Below, one piece after another: positions 18,936 to 27,512 of a DNA stretch of 64,000 nt. Below the pieces are notes generated by a model. That model saw only the letters and a program-made list of their open reading frames with translations. It ran no database searches and was not told the origin of the DNA. The position numbers and the translations under genes are program-made. The stretch spans positions 41,675 through 105,674 of the forward strand of contig JAFQAZ010000022.1 of the NCBI GenBank assembly GCA_017416855.1, given 5' to 3'. Numbering within the stretch: position 1 is the first letter of the stretch; each line of letters begins with the position of its first letter. The stretch comes from Clostridia bacterium. Lineage in GTDB: Bacteria > Bacillota > Clostridia > UBA1381 > UBA9506.

Positions 18936-19436
18936 TTGTTGAACGCACAACAAACGGTAGCCTTTAACGGCACCAAAGAGCAGGAAGCGAAATTGATGGA
19001 AGTCATCAACCGCTACAAAGACACAAAAGGCGCTCTGATTCCCGTATTACACGAAGCTCAGGGCATCTACGGCTATCTGCCCGTTGAGGTGCAAGCCATC
19101 ATCTCAAAAAATTTAAACGTAACTATGGCTGAAATTTATGGTGTTGTTACTTTCTACACTCAGTTCACCACTGAACCCAAGGGCAAGTATCACATCGGTG
19201 TTTGTCTCGGTACCGCTTGCTATGTAAAGGGTTCCGGCGCAATTTTAGACAAAATCAGAGAAAAGCTGGGTATGCCCGAAGGCAGCAACAGCACTCCGGA
19301 TGGCAAGTTCTCCATTGAAGCAACTCGTTGCATCGGTGCTTGCGGTCTGGCTCCGGTACTCACTGTTAACGATGAAGTTTACGGTAAATTAACCGTTGAC
19401 GATGTTGACAAGATTTTAGCAAAATACAGCGAGTGA
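18936..19436 (+). CDS. hydC: NuoE-like [2Fe-2S] subunit of HydABC-type [FeFe] hydrogenase
   Basis: It has the thioredoxin-like 2Fe-2S Cys pattern (CLGTAC ... CIGACGLAP). The start is TTG, with AAGGGGG 7 nt upstream. Confidence 0.85.
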   Translation: MLNAQQTVAFNGTKEQEAKLMEVINRYKDTKGALIPVLHEAQGIYGYLPVEVQAIISKNLNVTMAEIYGVVTFYTQFTTEPKGKYHIGVCLGTACYVKGSGAILDKIREKLGMPEGSNSTPDGKFSIEATRCIGACGLAPVLTVNDEVYGKLTVDDVDKILAKYSE

Positions 19437-19445
19437 GTGTGAGTT

Positions 19446-19994
19446 ATGCTTGAAATATCTCTCCACATTTTAGATGTGATTAATAATTCCGTTAAAGCCG
19501 GCGCTTCCCTAATTGGCGTTACTGTTTGCGAGAATAAAAAGGACAATGTTTTGTCCGTCACCATCTCAGATGACGGTTGTGGTATGGACCCTGAGTTTTT
19601 AAAAACGGTAACGGATCCTTTCCGCACCACCCGCACCACCCGCAAGGTTGGTATGGGGCTTTCTCTTTTCAAGGCGGCAGCTGAAGCTACTGACGGCAGC
19701 TTCTCCATCACCTCAGAAAAGGGAAAAGGAACAACAGTCTGTGCCACGTTTACTTATAATCACATAGACCGTCAGCCTTTGGGAGATATGGCAGAAACCA
19801 TTATCACTGTCCTTTCCGGTAATGCAAATATCGATTTTCTTTATCGCCACTCTGTTGATGAAAAAGAATTCGTGCTGGATACCCGGGAAGTCAGACAGAT
19901 TTTAGGCGATGTGGAGCTTTCCGGCCCCGAGATTATGCTGTGGCTTACAGAATATATCAACGAAGGGCTTGCTGAAATCTCACAGTCTGTTTAA
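19446..19994 (+). CDS. stand-alone GHKL / histidine-kinase-like ATPase domain protein
   Basis: It has an N-box (HILDVINNSVKAG), G1 (DDGCGM) and G2 (GMGLSL). There is no DHp/His-phosphotransfer, sensor or receiver domain. Confidence 0.75.
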   Translation: MLEISLHILDVINNSVKAGASLIGVTVCENKKDNVLSVTISDDGCGMDPEFLKTVTDPFRTTRTTRKVGMGLSLFKAAAEATDGSFSITSEKGKGTTVCATFTYNHIDRQPLGDMAETIITVLSGNANIDFLYRHSVDEKEFVLDTREVRQILGDVELSGPEIMLWLTEYINEGLAEISQSV

Positions 19995-20073
19995 CCGGAA
20001 CTGTAAACCCGCAATATCGGCCCATGATATTTGCGCTTTCGGTTAAAAATTTCATTCTATGGGCAGAAAGGCT

Positions 20074-20457
20074 ATGAAAATTATGAAAAGTTTAGCTGAA
20101 CTCGAAGCCATAAAAAACAAAATGAAAAACCAGGTTGGTATGCGTAAAGATGACGACGCTCATGCAACTCGTATCGTAGTTGGTATGGCTACCTGCGGTA
20201 TCGCTGCTGGTGCTCGTCCCGTAATGACTGCTATGGTTGAAGAAGTTGCAAAACGTAACCTGGCTCACGTTACCGTTGCCCAGACCGGTTGCATCGGTAT
20301 GTGTAAATTAGAACCCATCGTTGAGGTTATGGCTCCTGGTAAGGAAAAAGTAACCTATGTTAAGATGGATGCTGAAAAAGCTCTGAAGGTGATCAGTGAA
20401 CACATTGTTAATGGTCGTGTTGTTACCGAATACACCATCGGCGCAACAGAAGAATAA
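20074..20457 (+). CDS. small thioredoxin-like (2Fe-2S) ferredoxin-domain protein of the hydrogenase operon
   Basis: It has the VVGMATCGIAAGARP and QTGCIGMCKLEP blocks. The start is ambiguous among 20059, 20074 and 20083. Confidence 0.7.
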   Translation: MKIMKSLAELEAIKNKMKNQVGMRKDDDAHATRIVVGMATCGIAAGARPVMTAMVEEVAKRNLAHVTVAQTGCIGMCKLEPIVEVMAPGKEKVTYVKMDAEKALKVISEHIVNGRVVTEYTIGATEE

Positions 20458-20475
20458 TAAGGAGGATAACGGAAC

Positions 20476-22272
20476 ATGGATTTTGCAAGATCAACCGTCT
20501 TGGTCTGCGGTGGTACAGGGTGTACCTCTTCCGGCAGCCAGAAGGTTATTAAAGAATTTGAGACCCAGCTTGCAGCAAAAGGTCTCGAAAAAGAAGTAAA
20601 AATCGTTCAGACCGGTTGCTTTGGTCTGTGTGCTTTGGGCCCTGTTGTTATCGTTTACCCCGAAGGTGCGTTCTATAGCATGGTTCAACCTGAAGACGTT
20701 GAAGAAATCGTTTCTGAACATCTCTTGAAGGGCCGTATCGTAACCCGCCTTCTGTATGATGAAACTGTTCAGGAAGATTCTATTAAATCTCTGAACGAAA
20801 CAAACTTCTACAAAAAACAGATGCGTATTGCTCTGCGTAACTGTGGTGTTATCGACCCTGAAAACATTGATGAATACATTGCATTAGATGGTTACAAAGC
20901 GTTAGGTAAAGCCTTAACCGAAATGACTCCGGAACAGGTTATTGACGTAATCAAAGATTCCGGTCTGCGTGGCCGTGGTGGCGGTGGCTTCCCCACCGGC
21001 ATTAAATGGATGCTGGCTGCTAAGTCCCCCAACGTAATCGGCAAATATGTTTGCTGTAACGCTGACGAAGGTGACCCGGGTGCATTCATGGACAGAAGCG
21101 TTCTGGAAGGTGACCCCCATGCTGTTATTGAAGCAATGGCTATCGCCGCTTATGCTATTAATGCTGAGCAGGGTTACATCTACATCCGTGCAGAATACCC
21201 CATTGCTGTTAAACGTTTACAGATTGCTATCGACCAGGCTCGTGAATACGGACTGCTCGGTAAAAATATCTTCGGTACAGACTTCTCCTTCGACTTAGAC
21301 ATCCGCTTAGGTGCCGGTGCATTCGTTTGTGGTGAAGAAACTGCGCTGATGACCTCTATTGAAGGTATGCGTGGCGAACCCAGACCTCGTCCTCCGTTCC
21401 CGGCTGTTAAAGGTCTGTGGGAAAAACCCACCCTCTTAAACAACGTTGAAACCTATGCTAACATTCCCCAAATCATCTTAAACGGTGCTGAATGGTTCCA
21501 GGGTATCGGTACTGAAAAGAGCAAGGGTACCAAAGTATTTGCTCTGGGTGGTAAGATCAACAACACAGGTCTTGTGGAAGTTCCCATGGGCACCACTCTT
21601 CGCGAAATCGTTGAAGAAATCGGTGGCGGCATCCCCAATGGCAAGAAGTTCAAGGCAGCTCAGACCGGTGGTCCTTCCGGCGGTTGTATCCCTGCCTCTC
21701 TCTTAGATGTAGCTATTGACTACGACTCCTTAATCCAGATTGGTTCTATGATGGGTTCCGGTGGTTTAATCGTTATGGACGAAGACAACTGTATGGTTGA
21801 CATTGCTAAGTTCTTCTTAGAGTTCACCGTTGACGAGTCCTGCGGTAAATGTACACCTTGCCGTATCGGTACCAAACGTATGCTGGAAATTTTAGAAAAA
21901 ATCACTCAGGGTAAAGGTACTTTAGAAGATCTGGACAAGCTGGAATCTTTGGCATATAATATTAAAGAATCCGCTCTGTGTGGTCTGGGTCAGACAGCTC
22001 CCAACCCCGTTCTTTCCACTCTGCGTTACTTCAGAGATGAATATGAAGCTCACGTTGTTGACAAAAAATGTCCTGCTGGCGTATGTAAAGCCTTGGTTAG
22101 CTACTCCATCGTGGCTGACAAGTGTAAAGGCTGTAGCCTCTGTGCAAGACAGTGCCCGGCTAATGCAATTACCGGTGAAATCAAGAGTCCCTTCACCATT
22201 GACCAGGATAAATGTATTAAGTGCGGCGCTTGTATTGAAAAATGTAAATTCAATGCAATTATTGTTCAATAA
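20476..22272 (+). CDS. hydB: NuoF-like FMN/NAD(H)-binding subunit of HydABC-type hydrogenase
   Basis: It has an N-terminal 2Fe-2S domain (CGGTGC ... CFGLC), an FMN site (GRGGGGFPTG), ESCGKCTPCR, and a C-terminal 2x CxxCxxCxxxCP motif. Confidence 0.9.
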   Translation: MDFARSTVLVCGGTGCTSSGSQKVIKEFETQLAAKGLEKEVKIVQTGCFGLCALGPVVIVYPEGAFYSMVQPEDVEEIVSEHLLKGRIVTRLLYDETVQEDSIKSLNETNFYKKQMRIALRNCGVIDPENIDEYIALDGYKALGKALTEMTPEQVIDVIKDSGLRGRGGGGFPTGIKWMLAAKSPNVIGKYVCCNADEGDPGAFMDRSVLEGDPHAVIEAMAIAAYAINAEQGYIYIRAEYPIAVKRLQIAIDQAREYGLLGKNIFGTDFSFDLDIRLGAGAFVCGEETALMTSIEGMRGEPRPRPPFPAVKGLWEKPTLLNNVETYANIPQIILNGAEWFQGIGTEKSKGTKVFALGGKINNTGLVEVPMGTTLREIVEEIGGGIPNGKKFKAAQTGGPSGGCIPASLLDVAIDYDSLIQIGSMMGSGGLIVMDEDNCMVDIAKFFLEFTVDESCGKCTPCRIGTKRMLEILEKITQGKGTLEDLDKLESLAYNIKESALCGLGQTAPNPVLSTLRYFRDEYEAHVVDKKCPAGVCKALVSYSIVADKCKGCSLCARQCPANAITGEIKSPFTIDQDKCIKCGACIEKCKFNAIIVQ

Positions 22273-22293
22273 CGAAAGGAGGAAGAATTTAAA

Positions 22294-24036
22294 ATGGAAA
22301 TGGTTAATATTACAATTAATGGCCAGAGCCTTTCTGTTCCTCAGGATTACACCATCCTGCAGGCTGCACGTCAGGCCGGTATTGATATTCCCACACTTTG
22401 TTATTTAAAAGACATTAACGAAATCGGCGCATGCAGAATGTGCCTGGTGGAAGTTAAGGGCGCAAGAACTTTAGTAACCGCTTGCGTATATCCCGTTAAC
22501 GAGGGCATGGAAGTGTTCACCAACACAGCTCGCGTTAGAAAAGCAAGAAAAGCAGTGTTAGAGCTGATGCTCTCTAACCACAACAGAAACTGCTTGACCT
22601 GTGTTAGAAACCGTAACTGCGAACTGCAGAAATTAGCTGAAGAACTGAATGTGACCGAAATCCCCTACGAAGGTGAATATACTCCCTCCGTTGTGGACGA
22701 TTTCTCTCCCTCTATCGTTCGTGATAACAGCAAATGTATCCTCTGCCGTCGCTGCGTAGCTGTTTGTAAGAAAATTCAGACCGTTGGCGTTATCGATGCA
22801 ACCGAAAGAGGTTTCAAAACCAAAATCGGTAGCTCCTTCGATAAATCCTTAAACGAAACCGATTGCGCTATGTGCGGTCAGTGTATTGCAATTTGTCCTG
22901 TTGGTGCTCTCCATGAAAAAGACGGCTTAACCCCCGTTTGGAATGCATTGGCTGACGAAACCAAGCACGTTGTAGTTCAGACTGCTCCTGCTGTTCGTGC
23001 AGCACTGGGCGAAGAATTTGGTCTGCCCATCGGCACACCGGTTACCGGCAAAATGGCCGCTGCTTTAAAAATGCTGGGCTTTGACAAGGTATTTGATACT
23101 GACTTTGCTGCTGACCTGACCATTATGGAAGAAGGCACCGAGCTGATCAACCGTATCAAAGAAGGTGGCAAATTGCCCTTAATCACTTCTTGTAGCCCCG
23201 GTTGGGTTAAGTTCTGTGAACACAACTTCCCCGACTTCTTAGACAATCTGTCCTCCGCTAAATCTCCTCACGAGATGTACGGTGCAGTGCTGAAATCTTA
23301 CTACGCTGAAAAAGCAGGCATTGACCCGAAAGACATTTATGTTGTTTCCGTAATGCCCTGTACTGCTAAGAAATTTGAAGCACAGCGTGAAGAACTGTCC
23401 GGCACAGGCTACCCTGATGTTGATGCAGTTATCACAACTCGCGAACTGGCTAAAATGATTAAAGAAGCCGGTATTGAATTCAACAAGTTAGAAGATGCAG
23501 TCTTCGATTCTCCCTTCGGTGATGAAGCAACCGGCGCCGGCGTTATCTTCGGTGCTACCGGTGGTGTTATGGAAGCAGCTCTGCGTACCGTATCTGAAGT
23601 TCTCACCGGCAAAACCTTTGACGAAGTTGAATATGAAGCTGTCAGAGGTACCGAAGGTATTAAAGAAGCAACTGTTACTATCGGTGATTTGGATGTTAAG
23701 GTTGCTGTTGCTCACGGTCTGGGTAATGCAAGAAAACTGCTTGAATCCATCCGTGAAGGCAAAGCAAATTATCACTTCATCGAAATCATGGGTTGCCCCG
23801 GTGGTTGTGTAACCGGTGGCGGTCAGCCCATCCAGCCCGCAAAACTGCAGGCTGAAATTGACCTGAAGGCTGAACGTGCTAAAGCACTGTATGCCGAAGA
23901 CAGAGCTTTAACCTACAGAAAATCTCATGATAATCCGTACATCAAGAAGATTTACGAAGAATATCTGGGTGAGCCCTGCGGTCACAAATCTCACAAACTG
24001 CTGCACACTCATTATCACGAAAGACCCAAATATTGA
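22294..24036 (+). CDS. hydA: [FeFe] hydrogenase catalytic subunit (group A, multimeric type)
   Basis: It has an N-terminal 2Fe-2S site, a His-ligated cluster (HNRNCLTCVRNRNC), two ferredoxin motifs, and H-cluster motifs MPCTAKKFE and EIMGCPGGCVTGGGQP. The first H-cluster motif reads TSCSPGW instead of TSCCPxW. Confidence 0.9.
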   Translation: MEMVNITINGQSLSVPQDYTILQAARQAGIDIPTLCYLKDINEIGACRMCLVEVKGARTLVTACVYPVNEGMEVFTNTARVRKARKAVLELMLSNHNRNCLTCVRNRNCELQKLAEELNVTEIPYEGEYTPSVVDDFSPSIVRDNSKCILCRRCVAVCKKIQTVGVIDATERGFKTKIGSSFDKSLNETDCAMCGQCIAICPVGALHEKDGLTPVWNALADETKHVVVQTAPAVRAALGEEFGLPIGTPVTGKMAAALKMLGFDKVFDTDFAADLTIMEEGTELINRIKEGGKLPLITSCSPGWVKFCEHNFPDFLDNLSSAKSPHEMYGAVLKSYYAEKAGIDPKDIYVVSVMPCTAKKFEAQREELSGTGYPDVDAVITTRELAKMIKEAGIEFNKLEDAVFDSPFGDEATGAGVIFGATGGVMEAALRTVSEVLTGKTFDEVEYEAVRGTEGIKEATVTIGDLDVKVAVAHGLGNARKLLESIREGKANYHFIEIMGCPGGCVTGGGQPIQPAKLQAEIDLKAERAKALYAEDRALTYRKSHDNPYIKKIYEEYLGEPCGHKSHKLLHTHYHERPKY

Positions 24037-24067
24037 TTAGCAGCAACTAAACAGTAAAATGTTACAA

Positions 24068-24110
24068 TCCCCGGTGCGAGTTTTGACTCCCTTGCGCACC
24101 GGGGATTTTT
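24068..24110 (+). terminator. rho-independent terminator of the hydrogenase operon
   Basis: An 11-bp GC-rich stem (tccccggtgcg / cgcaccgggga) is followed by TTTTT. Confidence 0.75.
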
Positions 24111-24131
24111 GTATTCTATAGCCGGGAGGTT

Positions 24132-24215
24132 TAGGGAACGGCCTGTGCGCCGTTCCGCATATAAGGTTTTAGGATTATCCTAATGCTTCCGGAGAATGCG
24201 ATACCTTTTCCCTGC
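24132..24215. repeat. REP-like element, degenerate doublet (copy A)
   Basis: The hairpin tagggaacggc-ctgtgc-gccgttccg (24132-24157) matches the GTAGGGAACGG...CCGTTCC module of copies B and C. It is followed by a decayed second module (ggagaatgcgataccttttccctgc). Confidence 0.5.
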
Positions 24216-24247
24216 TTGTTAATTAAAGTACCGGACATAAAAAGATA

Positions 24248-24556
24248 CTTATTTCACTTTGAGTTCAGATAAAATTAGGTTTGCCTCAGCAATGTTATTA
24301 GAAGTAAACATTTTACACCCATAATCAATTGCTATTTTATAATTCTCAATATTATCAGGAATACAAAGGCAAGGAATAACATCGTTTTTTATACAAAAAT
24401 CAAAATTCTCCTTAAACTCAACGGGGCTATGTCCCGGCTCATTAGGGTATAGACAACACCAATATTTACTGCCGATTCAAACGCCGGCATCGTATTTTCA
24501 GGATACCGAAATTGATCACCTCTGTGTGCTGCTAAAATTATTCTTGGACCATCCAT
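24248..24556 (-). pseudogene. glycerophosphodiester phosphodiesterase remnant (internal deletion or frameshift)
   Basis: ATG 24556 abuts the upstream stop. The N-terminus (MDGPRIILAAHRGDQFRYPENTMPAFESAVNIGV) carries the GDPD HRG...PENT signature and then hits a stop. A second frame reads on to a C-terminal-like tail (...IAIDYGCKMFTSNNIAEANLILSELKVK). The total is only about 103 codons. Confidence 0.5.
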
Positions 24557-25807
24557 TTATTTTTCCTCCCCTATTATCGCTCTGCATAGCCTCATAAGTG
24601 TCAGTCTGTTTCGTACAAGTGGTGAATATTCCATAAGAGCATCAAGCTTTCCCTCCGAAACATCAATATCACCAAGCTTAGACTTTACGCCAAGTATTTC
24701 ATATTTTTCAATTAAATCGCTGTATGTTGGAATGGTATCTATGATATTACAGATTTTATCCCATTTTTCCTCTATAAGTTTTGCAGTTATACCCAAAGCG
24801 CAGTCATTTGAATTTTCTGCAATTATAGCATCACTTAATGTTTCTCCAAACATACCTTTAATATAATCAGAGTTTGCCTGATAATAATCATTCCATTTTA
24901 AAGTGCTGTCTTTAAGTCGGTGATATTCCCGACAGGCAATTAATGTACCAACCCCCACTTTTTCCCCGTGCAATGCAGCAGATTTTACATCCAAACCCTC
25001 GGGCTGCATTTCTATTAAATGAGAAATGTGATGTTCTGCACCTGAAGCACAACGTGAATTGCCAAGCATCTGCATTGCAAGTCCTGACATTAAAAGCCCA
25101 TATATAAGCTTTTCATAAGCAGTTATATTACCATCTTTTATTGCTTCTGCACTTTCTATAACAGCTTTTGTTGCATTCATCGTCATATCGTGTATTGTCG
25201 TGCAAAAATATTCATTTGTCAATGTATGTGCTATTTTCCAATCTGCCAAAGCTATAAATTTTCCAATCATATCTCCAAAACCGGAATTTGTGAGAAACAT
25301 CGGCGCTTTTGATATAATGCCTAGGTCTGCTATAACAATTTTGGGGGCAACTGCTTCAAAGGTCTTTTTAAATCCGTCCCAGGTCATTGCGGCAACCGAG
25401 GAACAAAATCCATCAACGCTTGCAGCAGTTGGACAAGATACAAAAGGAATCCCTTTTTCATATGCACAGTAGCGTGTTATGTCATGGATTGTCCCCGAAC
25501 CAATAGCAATCATATAGTCGCAATCTTCAGGAATTAGTTCCAGTGCCAAAGCTACTCCGTGATTGTCCGCGTGAAGATTTTCGGGTGGCAGGATAATCTC
25601 CTTATCCACTTTCGGATGCAACCGGTTTGTGGCTTTATAAGTATTTTCGTCATATATTGCAACCGAAAATCCTTTTAGCCCGCATTTTTTTATATATTCA
25701 TCAACATTTACCAGACAACCGGATTCAATTATACAAAAATCAGTTGTCATTTTATGTTCATGCCCGCAAGTGCATTTGCCGTTATATTGCTTACTGTCTA
25801 TTATCAT
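24557..25807 (-). CDS. iron-containing alcohol dehydrogenase superfamily protein, sn-glycerol-1-phosphate dehydrogenase (AraM)-like
   Basis: It has the blocks [28 protein letters not shown] and SGAEHHISH. The start was set at MIIDSKQ (25807), which has a GGAGGAG SD and overlaps the araD-like stop by 17 nt. Confidence 0.7.
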   Translation of the reverse strand: MIIDSKQYNGKCTCGHEHKMTTDFCIIESGCLVNVDEYIKKCGLKGFSVAIYDENTYKATNRLHPKVDKEIILPPENLHADNHGVALALELIPEDCDYMIAIGSGTIHDITRYCAYEKGIPFVSCPTAASVDGFCSSVAAMTWDGFKKTFEAVAPKIVIADLGIISKAPMFLTNSGFGDMIGKFIALADWKIAHTLTNEYFCTTIHDMTMNATKAVIESAEAIKDGNITAYEKLIYGLLMSGLAMQMLGNSRCASGAEHHISHLIEMQPEGLDVKSAALHGEKVGVGTLIACREYHRLKDSTLKWNDYYQANSDYIKGMFGETLSDAIIAENSNDCALGITAKLIEEKWDKICNIIDTIPTYSDLIEKYEILGVKSKLGDIDVSEGKLDALMEYSPLVRNRLTLMRLCRAIIGEEK

Positions 25808-26504
25808 TGTTTTTCTCCTCCTGTCCGTAATAGGCATTTCTTCCGTGTTTTCTAAGATAGTGCTTATCAAGCAATTCTTTTTGGAATGTCATATCGGGCT
25901 TCATCACAATAGTGTGCCATGCCATCATTGCTACCTCTTCCAAAATAATTGCGTTTTTCACAGAATCTTTCGCATCCTTTCCCCAGGTAAAAGGGCCGTG
26001 AGAATATACGAGAGCCCCGGGAATGCTGCAAATAGTTTCTTTGGTGAAAAGTTCTGCAATAACTTTACCGGTTTCAAGTTCATATTCCCCTGTTATCTCG
26101 GCGGCAGTCATCTTTCGGGTGCAAGGAACAGCCCCGTAAAAAGCATCGGCATGCGTTGTACCAAGCACCGGAATATCCATTCCGCATTGCGAAAAAATTG
26201 TTGCCCATCTTGAGTGGGTATGGGTGATTCCACCAATTTCGGGGAAACTTCTGTATAATTCTAAATGAGTGGGGGTATCAGAAGAAGGATTCCATTTTCC
26301 TTCAACCACTTTTCCGGAAAGGTCAACAACAACCATATCATCGACATTCATGTTTTCATAATCCACGCCTGATGGTTTTATTACAACATAACCGGTTTCT
26401 TTATCAAGTTCCGAAACATTTCCCCACGTCAACGTAATCAGATTCTCTTTCTTTAAAGCAAGGTTTGCGTGAAGCACTCTTTCTTTTGTATTTTCCAGCA
26501 TCAT
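25791..26504 (-). CDS. araD: class II aldolase-fold L-ribulose-5-phosphate 4-epimerase-like protein
   Basis: It has TWGNVS, VIKPSGV and the HTHS metal-binding block. The 237-aa length is typical of AraD. Confidence 0.8.
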   Translation of the reverse strand: MMLENTKERVLHANLALKKENLITLTWGNVSELDKETGYVVIKPSGVDYENMNVDDMVVVDLSGKVVEGKWNPSSDTPTHLELYRSFPEIGGITHTHSRWATIFSQCGMDIPVLGTTHADAFYGAVPCTRKMTAAEITGEYELETGKVIAELFTKETICSIPGALVYSHGPFTWGKDAKDSVKNAIILEEVAMMAWHTIVMKPDMTFQKELLDKHYLRKHGRNAYYGQEEKNNDNRQ

Positions 26505-26514
26505 ATCACCTCAT

Positions 26515-26542
26515 ATTGACGTATTATTTTTTTATGGTATAA
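26515..26542 (+). promoter_or_regulatory. candidate sigma-A promoter for the DeoR regulator gene (extended -10)
   Basis: The sequence reads TTGACG, a 16-nt spacer, then TGgTATAAT. Confidence 0.45.
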
Positions 26543-26633
26543 TTATATAATATGATTGTTTATTTGCAATATTTGGCGATAAACTTGAAAAATAATCATA
26601 TGAAATCATTAAACGAGCAAAAGAGGCGTTGAA

Positions 26634-27365
26634 ATGAGCATTTCAAAAAGACAAGAACAAATTCTTGAATTACTGAACAAAAATGGATTTATGACGGTAA
26701 CGAAACTTTCCCAATTAACATATACTTCCGAATCAAGTATTCGCCGTGATTTAACCAAATTACAAAATATGTATTTTATCAAGCGCACACACGGAGGAGC
26801 TAATATATTAAATGCGAATCAAGTGGCTCCGCTTCAAAATCGACTGTCTCAAAATACTGCTGCAAAACGGAAAATTGCAAAAAAAGCCGAACATCTCATT
26901 TGTGATGGGCAGATTATTATGTTGGATGGTTCAAGCACTGCCGGATTTTTGATTCCGTACATTGCAAGGCATAAAGATATAACTCTTTTTACAAACAATA
27001 TGATTACGGCTCTCAATGCCATAAACTATGGCATTAAAACACATTGCATTGGTGGTAGCAGTGTAAATAACTCCGCCGTATTATCAGGACCTCAAAGTTA
27101 CAGAGTGATTTCTGAAATTCATCCGGATATTTTATTTTTCTCATCCTATGCTCTGGATAAAAACGGGATTATTTCAGATCCTACAGAAGAAGAAAACTAC
27201 ATTCGCTCTCTCATGCTGGCAAATACCAAACAAAGTGTTTTTTTATGTGACAGCGAAAAATTTAACAGAAAATCACTATATACACTCACATCAATAAATA
27301 ATATTGATATCGCCATCTTTGATATAGTCTGGGAAGAATTAAATTCAGAATGTAAGATACTTTAA
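26634..27365 (+). CDS. DeoR/GlpR-family transcriptional regulator
   Basis: An N-terminal wHTH (RQEQILELLNKNGFMTVTKLSQLTYTSESSIRRDL) is joined to a DeoR C-terminal sugar-phosphate sensor domain. Confidence 0.85.
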   Translation: MSISKRQEQILELLNKNGFMTVTKLSQLTYTSESSIRRDLTKLQNMYFIKRTHGGANILNANQVAPLQNRLSQNTAAKRKIAKKAEHLICDGQIIMLDGSSTAGFLIPYIARHKDITLFTNNMITALNAINYGIKTHCIGGSSVNNSAVLSGPQSYRVISEIHPDILFFSSYALDKNGIISDPTEEENYIRSLMLANTKQSVFLCDSEKFNRKSLYTLTSINNIDIAIFDIVWEELNSECKIL

Positions 27366-27398
27366 GAAAAGGTAATCAATTAGTTTAAACAAAAAAAG

Positions 27399-27428
27399 GA
27401 ACAAGAGTCATTTAAACTCTTGCTCCTT
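27399..27428. terminator. bidirectional terminator between the deoR-like and SDR genes
   Basis: The stem is ggaacaagagt / actcttgctcc with one mismatch, flanked by A7 and T6 runs. Confidence 0.55.
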
Positions 27429-27512
27429 TTTTGTAATATGATATAACTGTCTTCAAGAACATTCGGCATGATCGTAGCCTTTCACTTAAATCCAAGACAG
27501 AAGAAACTCTTA

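Noticed and set aside
19379-19747. A 122-aa minus-strand ORF across the hydC/ATPase junction. Many similar 60-90-aa ORFs overlap hydB and hydA.
   Set aside because: These are antisense shadows within a tightly packed operon that carries clear cofactor motifs on the plus strand.
25770-26213. A 147-aa plus-strand ORF overlapping the araD-like gene.
   Set aside because: It is antisense to a gene with clear class II aldolase motifs and has no ribosome-binding site.
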